Assembly: GCA_043824255.1 (NCBI GenBank)
Contig: JBDRTG010000020.1
Coordinates: 1-64,000 of the forward strand
Length of the DNA: 64,000 nucleotides
Reading direction: 5' to 3'
Source: a bacterium
Lineage (GTDB): Bacteria; JAHJDO01
Shown: positions 57,925-64,000 of the stretch, piece by piece
Numbering within the stretch: the stretch's first letter is position 1
Layout of the letters: every line of letters begins with the position of its first letter
Position numbers and translations under genes: made by a program
The notes under the pieces: generated by a model
The model's database searches: none
The model's input: the letters and a program-made list of their open reading frames with translations, nothing else
What the model was told of the DNA's origin: nothing

Positions 57925-58368
57925 ATGAAATATTCACAAGCCAAACAGGGAAGGATATTTGTTGTTCGTCTTGAGGACGGGGATATTATTCATGAGGAAA
58001 TTGAAAAATTTTCCCGCAAAAAGTCCATTAAAGCCGCAGCCTTAATCATCCTCGGAGGAGCTGACAAGAACAGTAAGCTTGTAGTGGGCCCAGAACATGG
58101 ACGTAAAGAGCCGATTGTCCCTATGGAACATATTCTCGATAATGTGAATGAGATAGCAGGAACAGGAACTATTTTCCCTGATGAAAAAGGCAAACCTATT
58201 TTGCATATGCATATAGCCTGCGGAAGAAAATCCCGGACAATAACAGGATGCGTTCGCAAAGGTGTAAAGACATGGCATGTACTGGAAGTTATCTTGTTTG
58301 AATTGCTTAATACAACAGCCGTACGAGTTTTAGACCCGGTTACGGGATTTGAGCTGCTAAAGCCATAA
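57925..58368 (+). CDS. PPC/DUF296 domain protein
   Basis: GRIFVVRLEDG, EI.GTGTI, HMH, LEV. Confidence 0.85.
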   Translation: MKYSQAKQGRIFVVRLEDGDIIHEEIEKFSRKKSIKAAALIILGGADKNSKLVVGPEHGRKEPIVPMEHILDNVNEIAGTGTIFPDEKGKPILHMHIACGRKSRTITGCVRKGVKTWHVLEVILFELLNTTAVRVLDPVTGFELLKP

Positions 58369-59735
58369 TGCAAAATATGGAAAATAAACCTATAACCGTT
58401 CTTGGTCTTGGGAAAAGCGGTCTTGCTGCTGCAAAACTGGCTAAAAAAATGGGCGCAACTGTTTTTGTGAGTGACAGTTCTGCGTCTGATGATATTAAAA
58501 AAAGCAAAGATATTCTTACTAGCATAGGCATTGAAGTAGAAATAGGCAGGCATTCAGATAATGTTTACAAAAATAGACAGCTTATAATACTAAGTCCTGG
58601 CATTCCTCCGGATATTCCCATTCTTCGCAAAGCAAAGGAAGAGAATATTGAAGTAGTCAGTGAAATAGAGTTTGCATCGTGGTTCTCTCTTGCGAAAATC
58701 ATTGCCATAACCGGTACAAACGGAAAAACAACAACAACTATCCTTATTAAGAATATGCTTAAAGAAGCAGGCTACAATGCCATTGTTGCTGGGAATATAG
58801 GAACTGCCCTATCTGAAAAAGTTGAATCCTTATCAAAATCCGACATCATCGTTGCTGAAATCAGCAGCTTCCAACTGGAAACTATTCACAAATTTTGTCC
58901 ATTTATTTCTTTAGTTTTAAATATTACACCTGACCATCTTGATAGATACAAAAATATGACGAGTTACATACATGCAAAATCAATGATCTTCAAGAACCAA
59001 ACTGCCAAGAACTTCACTATTCTAAACTATGATGATCCTATCGTGAGAAAATTTGAGAATACAACAAAAGCACGTGTTTTGTTTTTTAGTAGAAAAATTC
59101 AAACATGTAACGCTTTTGTTAAAGATGGAAAAATCACAATGAGGCTTGACGTGGAGGAGAAGGAGATATGCAGACTTAATGAATTAAGGATAAAAAGCAC
59201 ACACAATCTGGAAAATATGCTTGCAGCTATATGTGTAGCATCTATATTCAAAATTGATCCGGGAATAATGAAAACCACCTTAGCTAAGTTTACTGGATTG
59301 CCTCATAAAACAGAATTTGTTAATAAGATAAATGATGTTACATTTATTAATGACTCCAAGGCTACAAATGTTGATGCTACTAAAGCAGCAATTGAAAATA
59401 CCCAAGCTCCAATTATTCTTATTATGGGAGGTAAACATAAAGGGAGCAGCTACGCCTATTTGGAACAGGCTATCAGAAATAAGGTCAAACGTCTTATTCT
59501 AATTGGTGAAGCTAAAGATATAATTAAAAAGGATATTGGCGGACTGGTTCCCCTAACGTACGTTTATTCAATGGATGACGCAGTAGAGGAAGCTTTTTCA
59601 TTAGCTGTCCAAAATGATACAATCTTACTTTCCCCTGCATGCAGTAGTTTTGATATGTTTCAAAATTATATAGAACGAGGCAATCTCTTCAAAAACGCTG
59701 TTAATACGCTAAAATCAAGAATCGAGCATGCATAA
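58368..59735 (+). CDS. murD: UDP-N-acetylmuramoyl-L-alanine--D-glutamate ligase
   Basis: GLGKSG, SPGIP, ITGTNGKTTT, EISSFQL, DHLDRY, NDSKATN, LSPACSSFD. Confidence 0.97.
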   Translation: MQNMENKPITVLGLGKSGLAAAKLAKKMGATVFVSDSSASDDIKKSKDILTSIGIEVEIGRHSDNVYKNRQLIILSPGIPPDIPILRKAKEENIEVVSEIEFASWFSLAKIIAITGTNGKTTTTILIKNMLKEAGYNAIVAGNIGTALSEKVESLSKSDIIVAEISSFQLETIHKFCPFISLVLNITPDHLDRYKNMTSYIHAKSMIFKNQTAKNFTILNYDDPIVRKFENTTKARVLFFSRKIQTCNAFVKDGKITMRLDVEEKEICRLNELRIKSTHNLENMLAAICVASIFKIDPGIMKTTLAKFTGLPHKTEFVNKINDVTFINDSKATNVDATKAAIENTQAPIILIMGGKHKGSSYAYLEQAIRNKVKRLILIGEAKDIIKKDIGGLVPLTYVYSMDDAVEEAFSLAVQNDTILLSPACSSFDMFQNYIERGNLFKNAVNTLKSRIEHA

Positions 59736-60813
59736 ACAGAATATTGCATTGCTATCTGTTATCTTCATCCTGATTGGCATTGGAATAATAATGGTGTTCA
59801 ATACAGCAGCTATGGTTTCTATATTGAAATTCAATAATCCCTTTCATTTCCTTGCCCGCCATTTAATCTTGGCTTTTATAGGGCTTATATTTATGTTTAC
59901 AAGTATGAATATCCGCTATGAGATGCTTAAAAAGCTTGGGAAACCTCTTTTAGTTCTAACAATTATTCTATTAATCCTGGTGTATTTTCCCCACATTGGT
60001 AGGGCTGCAGGAGGAGCTAGAAGATGGATCAGAATCGGACCGTTAAGTATGCAGCCTTCAGAGCTTGCGAAACTTGTTATGATTATGTATGTCTCTAACT
60101 TCTTAACCAGAAAACAGCATAACATTAAAGAATTCATAAGAGGTTTTCTCCCTCAAATGCTGGTATTGGGTTTAGTATTAGCTCTAATAATAAAAAACGA
60201 TCTTGGATCATGTGTGCTTATTGCAGGAATTGTTTTGACAATGATGTTCATATCAGGGGCTAATATGAAGCATCTGGCAATCTTCTTTCTCTCATCGCTT
60301 CCAGCTATCTACATTGCAATTAGCACCTTTCCTTATCGTATGAAAAGGATAATGGTTTTTCTGAATCCATGGGAGGATCCTCTGGGAAAAGGATATCAAA
60401 TCATCCAATCTTTTTACGCATTAGGATCAGGAGGCTGGTGGGGAAAAGGACTTGGCAAAGGGATTCAGAAATTATTCTACCTGCCGGAGGCACATACAGA
60501 CTTTATATTTTCAATAATTGGCGAAGAGCTTGGCTTCATAGGAACTTCGCTAATAATCATATTATATGCATACATAATATGGAGAGGCATTATAATAGCA
60601 TATCACGCTCCGGACTTATACGGCCATCTGTTGGCAATTGGGATTACTATAATGATTGCATATCAGGTTATAATAAACATTGGTGTTGTTACAGGACTTC
60701 TTCCGACAAAGGGAACAACCCTTCCATTTATCAGTTTTGGCGGCTCTTCCTTAATTGTTAACATGACTGCTATTGGCTTATTACTTAATGTCAGCAAGGA
60801 ATGGGAACGATGA
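59728..60813 (+). CDS. ftsW: Peptidoglycan polymerase FtsW
   Basis: GARRWI, QPSELAK, GYQIIQS, LPEAHTDFIF, LPFISFGGSS. Confidence 0.96.
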   Translation: MHKQNIALLSVIFILIGIGIIMVFNTAAMVSILKFNNPFHFLARHLILAFIGLIFMFTSMNIRYEMLKKLGKPLLVLTIILLILVYFPHIGRAAGGARRWIRIGPLSMQPSELAKLVMIMYVSNFLTRKQHNIKEFIRGFLPQMLVLGLVLALIIKNDLGSCVLIAGIVLTMMFISGANMKHLAIFFLSSLPAIYIAISTFPYRMKRIMVFLNPWEDPLGKGYQIIQSFYALGSGGWWGKGLGKGIQKLFYLPEAHTDFIFSIIGEELGFIGTSLIIILYAYIIWRGIIIAYHAPDLYGHLLAIGITIMIAYQVIINIGVVTGLLPTKGTTLPFISFGGSSLIVNMTAIGLLLNVSKEWER

Positions 60814-61904
60814 AGCGTATAAAGATCATATTTGCCGCAGGAACAACAGGTGGACACATATATCCTGCCCTAGCAGTTGCAGATTACATTAAAAAAATGG
60901 TTGAAAATTCTGAGATATTATTCCTAATTTCAAAACGTGTATCCTCAGATAAAATTATAAAAACTGGTTTTCAAACAGCTGCGATTTATGGCAAAGGATG
61001 GAATAGGAACAAGCTGTTCAGTATTATTCCATGCTTGCTTGAAGCTTTCCTGAGTCTAATCCAATCCTTTATTCTTATACTAAAATTCAAGCCGGATCTA
61101 GTTGTAGGCATGGGTAGTTACCTGAGCGTTTCACCTATTGTAGCTGCATATTTGATGAGGATCCCTACCCTAATTCACGAACAGAATGTTGTTCCAGGCT
61201 CTACAAATAAATTATTGGCAAATATAGCTACAGAGGTTGATGTGGCATTTGATGAGACAAAAAAATATCTGTCTTGCAAAAGCAAGATTGTAACAGTCGG
61301 CAATCCTATAAGAGATGACATTTTAAAAGCAGCTGACAAAAGGCATAATTTGGTTTCAAAAAAAAAGAAAACAATCCTCGTATTTGGAGGCAGCCAGGGA
61401 GCGCATCAAATCAATATTGTTTCTCTAGATACATTCATTAATATAAAAGAACATCTTAAACACTGGCACATAATACACATTACAGGAGAAAAAGATTACA
61501 AACTAGTTCTGGACAAATATAAAAAAACTGGTTTGGACGTAAGAGTAATGCCTTTTACAGAATATATCGGAGATATTTACACAATCTCTGACCTTGTAAT
61601 ATCAAGGGCAGGAGCTATGACAATTAGTGAAATTAGTTTGCTTGGTATTCCTGCTATCTTAATCCCCTATCCTCATGCAGCAGGTAATCATCAGTTTTAC
61701 AACGGAAAACTTCTCTCTGATAATGGGGCTGGAATAATCATAGAAGAAAAAAATCTCTGTGTAATAACACTAAACAAGAAAACACTGGACTTAATTAAAA
61801 ACGAACACAGGCTGGGGCAAATGGCTTTGAGCAGCAGGAAACTTGGTAAACTCCATATCAATTCTACAGAGAAAATCTTTGAGAGAATAAGAAATTACAT
61901 ATAA
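60810..61904 (+). CDS. murG: Undecaprenyldiphospho-muramoylpentapeptide GlcNAc transferase
   Basis: TTGGHIYPA, HEQN..PG..N, GNPIR, GGSQGA, SRAGA. Alternative ATG at 60801. Confidence 0.95.
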   Translation: MKRIKIIFAAGTTGGHIYPALAVADYIKKMVENSEILFLISKRVSSDKIIKTGFQTAAIYGKGWNRNKLFSIIPCLLEAFLSLIQSFILILKFKPDLVVGMGSYLSVSPIVAAYLMRIPTLIHEQNVVPGSTNKLLANIATEVDVAFDETKKYLSCKSKIVTVGNPIRDDILKAADKRHNLVSKKKKTILVFGGSQGAHQINIVSLDTFINIKEHLKHWHIIHITGEKDYKLVLDKYKKTGLDVRVMPFTEYIGDIYTISDLVISRAGAMTISEISLLGIPAILIPYPHAAGNHQFYNGKLLSDNGAGIIIEEKNLCVITLNKKTLDLIKNEHRLGQMALSSRKLGKLHINSTEKIFERIRNYI

Positions 61905-62842
61905 AATATTTTGTACAGCATATAAGAAAGAACACAGCTGATAACAGGAGTGACTATCCATCCTGAGAAAATTTTATAAAGCGCTTTAAAGTTGATCGCG
62001 TTAACATTCCTTATAATTCCTACCCCAATGATTCCGCCTATTACAGCTTGACCGGTGGAAACAGGAACTCCAATATGCGCAAATATATCAACTGTTATAG
62101 CTTCTGAAAGCACTACAACCAGAGCGCAAAAAGAATTTAGAGGTATCACACTTTTACCTACTGTCATCATAACATTTCTGCTATATGTAACTGCGCCAAG
62201 CGCTATACTAATGCTTCCTATCAATGCGGCTGAAAGTGGCGTAAGTATTCCAGCTTGATAATAAACACCTGTTATATTTGCAACATTGTTCGCCCCAAGG
62301 GCATAAGCCCCATACGCGCCTGATATTATTAGTAAAATGCGCACAATGCGGTCAAAATCGAGAAAGTGTATTGTTATTCTTCTTAGTATCCGGCTCAAAA
62401 TTAAATACAGAAAAACTGATATAACAGCAGCGCCAACAGGTGTGCATATCCAGCAGATTATAACTTTTCTTAATCCAGCGATATTGACCTGTTTTTGTAA
62501 AATTCCAATACCGAGTATTGCTCCCACAACTGCCTGAGAGACAGAAGCAGGAAGTTTTAACATTGTTAGTAAAGTTACTGCAACAGCTGACGCCACTGAA
62601 ATAACAAAAGCTGTATTTATATTTTGACTTGTAAGTCCTCCAAGTGTTTTGATCCCTGGCGCTCCTCCAATTACTGCACCAAGTATTACAAACACTGCAA
62701 AAAAAACTGTTGCTGTCCGGAATTTAACCATCCCCGAAGAAACCGCAGTTCCAAAAACATTTGCAGTGTTATTGGCGCCCAGTGACCAGCCAAGACAAAT
62801 ACCACCAAGTAATTTTAAATAACTAAGGCTGAAGAGAAACAT
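61895..62842 (-). CDS. PiT family inorganic phosphate transporter
   Basis: Two GANN signature repeats (GANNTANVFG, GANNVAN), PVST. Confidence 0.92.
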   Translation of the reverse strand: MFLFSLSYLKLLGGICLGWSLGANNTANVFGTAVSSGMVKFRTATVFFAVFVILGAVIGGAPGIKTLGGLTSQNINTAFVISVASAVAVTLLTMLKLPASVSQAVVGAILGIGILQKQVNIAGLRKVIICWICTPVGAAVISVFLYLILSRILRRITIHFLDFDRIVRILLIISGAYGAYALGANNVANITGVYYQAGILTPLSAALIGSISIALGAVTYSRNVMMTVGKSVIPLNSFCALVVVLSEAITVDIFAHIGVPVSTGQAVIGGIIGVGIIRNVNAINFKALYKIFSGWIVTPVISCVLSYMLYKIFYM

Positions 62843-63489
62843 TAAATTAGCCTTTTCACTGCCATTATGTTCAATCGATCTGCAGTGTCTTCAGCTCTGT
62901 CTGATATACTGCCGATCTCAATTATTAATTCTTTCAGGAGAATTTTCTCTCCAATGTCAATATCTGAGCTGAACAATTTTCTAATTAAATCCCTTTCTAT
63001 AGAATCAGAATTGCTCTCCTTCTTATCTATCTCGTTTGTAATGTGTCTCACCTCTTTAATATTCTTAAATATAGCTCTAATTGCCCGTTTAATGTCCTCA
63101 AAAATACCAAAATTTATATTGATTATTTTACGTAATTCCGATTTGAACTCATCGGGGATTCTTATTACCTCTATTTGTATTTGAAATGCAACAGATTCCG
63201 CCTTGTTTGGAATCTTATCAACAGTCTCCAACAAGCCAAGGATATCACCTCTTGATTCTGGGATTAATGCTTTTTCATACAGCGAAATTTCAATCTCCCT
63301 TCTTAAATCATCACTGCATGATTCAGCCATGTGAGTTTTAGTCACAAGCACGTCAAATTCCTCACAGGAACCTTTATCAATATAGAGAAAAAGTGTTTTT
63401 CTTGCCTGTTCCATACACTCTGTAACCTTTTCTAAATATTCTTCAATCATTTCCAGAAGCTTATTAGTTTTTGAAAAGAATAAAGCCAT
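62842..63489 (-). CDS. DUF47 (PhoU-like) phosphate transport regulator
   Basis: E...DDLRREIE..LY...P..RGDI..L....D, ISDRAED; directly upstream of the PiT gene. Confidence 0.9.
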   Translation of the reverse strand: MALFFSKTNKLLEMIEEYLEKVTECMEQARKTLFLYIDKGSCEEFDVLVTKTHMAESCSDDLRREIEISLYEKALIPESRGDILGLLETVDKIPNKAESVAFQIQIEVIRIPDEFKSELRKIININFGIFEDIKRAIRAIFKNIKEVRHITNEIDKKESNSDSIERDLIRKLFSSDIDIGEKILLKELIIEIGSISDRAEDTADRLNIMAVKRLI

Positions 63490-63529
63490 TTACCCCCCCC
63501 TCCTTATAGAATAGTTTTAATAGATACTG

Positions 63530-63558
63530 ATATTAGCAACTAGAAAAATAAATGTCAA
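63530..63558 (-). promoter_or_regulatory. Sigma70-type promoter for DUF47-pit
   Basis: TTGACA-17-TAATAT with a TG extension. Confidence 0.65.
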
Positions 63559-63619
63559 TAATAGGGAGCCCCGGGTAAAAATTTTAAATTTGTTCAAAAT
63601 GTGTTAGTATTTACATTGT

Positions 63620-64000
63620 ATGAATAAAAAACCCATCAGGAAGTTTGCAAAAAATAATTTTAAAAAAGACCTGGATATATATGTTTTTAAAATTGAGCAG
63701 TCAGATATCGAATTACATACACATGACTTTATAGAACTGGTTTACATATTAAGAGGAAAGGGTATTAGTGCTATTCAGACACAAGGCAAAAACAAAAAAT
63801 CTCAAAACATAGAATTTCCTGTTATAGTTGGGGACTTTTTTGTAATTACTCCTGAACAAGCACATAATTATAAGAATGTAGATAATTTAGAGTTAGTGAA
63901 TGTCCTGATAAACTCAGCTGTATTTAAAAAGGAAATTAGAAGCAAGCTTAAAGATATAGACAGCTTTAATGACCTATTCTACGTAGAACCCTTTTATAGA
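63620..64000 (+). CDS. AraC family regulator, N-terminal cupin domain (RhaR/RhaS-like; partial, runs off window)
   Basis: Translated by hand: MNKKPIRKF...LHTHDFIELVYILRGKG...GDFFVITPEQAHNY...NVL...LFYVEPFYR; open to the window end. Confidence 0.8.
   Translation, partial: MNKKPIRKFAKNNFKKDLDIYVFKIEQSDIELHTHDFIELVYILRGKGISAIQTQGKNKKSQNIEFPVIVGDFFVITPEQAHNYKNVDNLELVNVLINSAVFKKEIRSKLKDIDSFNDLFYVEPFYR

Noticed and set aside
41262..61904. Convergent 3' overlaps (41262-41279, 47790-47804, 61895-61904)
   Set aside because: Short overlaps are typical of compact genomes.
249..63184. Numerous short antisense or alternate-frame ORFs in the track (e.g. 14640-15284, 38589-39392, 33843-34391)
   Set aside because: They shadow well-supported genes and have no SD or recognisable motifs; expected from codon bias.
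63493..63500. C8 tract in the DUF47 SD spacer as a phase-variation site
   Set aside because: Short, non-coding and explained as an extended G-rich SD; no evidence of variation.
1..64000. CRISPR array, IS, prophage, rRNA
   Set aside because: No regularly spaced repeats, transposase, phage genes or rRNA-like sequence seen.

Overview
AT-rich, gene-dense bacterial chromosomal window with about 65 CDSs and 3 tRNAs. I found no CRISPR array, integrase or transposase. A DUF1559/H-X9-DG prepilin-like gene together with a full FtsZ/peptidoglycan gene set suggests a PVC-related, probably uncultured lineage (inference only). Bases 1-11.2 kb are an accessory glycan/sugar-utilisation region: pilin-like gene, secreted CBM-like and glycoside-hydrolase-like proteins, an SDR, a URO-D-like protein and three Gfo/Idh/MocA oxidoreductases, with two interleaved local duplications. 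The rest is mostly housekeeping: gcvPB, pilD, rpsA-plsC-cmk-aroA-tyrA-purN, purM, HU, rplU, rng, tmk-holB, a split dcw cluster, pilT, tsaC, cysES, galU, larB, dapF-dapL and pit, with sugar-metabolism genes interspersed. The most notable observations are: a pseudouridine synthase whose stop codon lies inside tRNA-Arg(CCG); short repeats inside core genes (a palindrome in rnr, a heptamer array in murB); an RNase R lacking its cold-shock domains; a secreted SGNH-like gene between ftsA and ftsZ; a GC-rich cassette-like amidohydrolase splitting purM-purN; a duplicated promoter/operator module; a glucuronokinase-like/GalU pair with an uncalled basic micro-ORF; and several apparently leaderless genes. 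All product calls come from motif recognition by eye; no searches were run.
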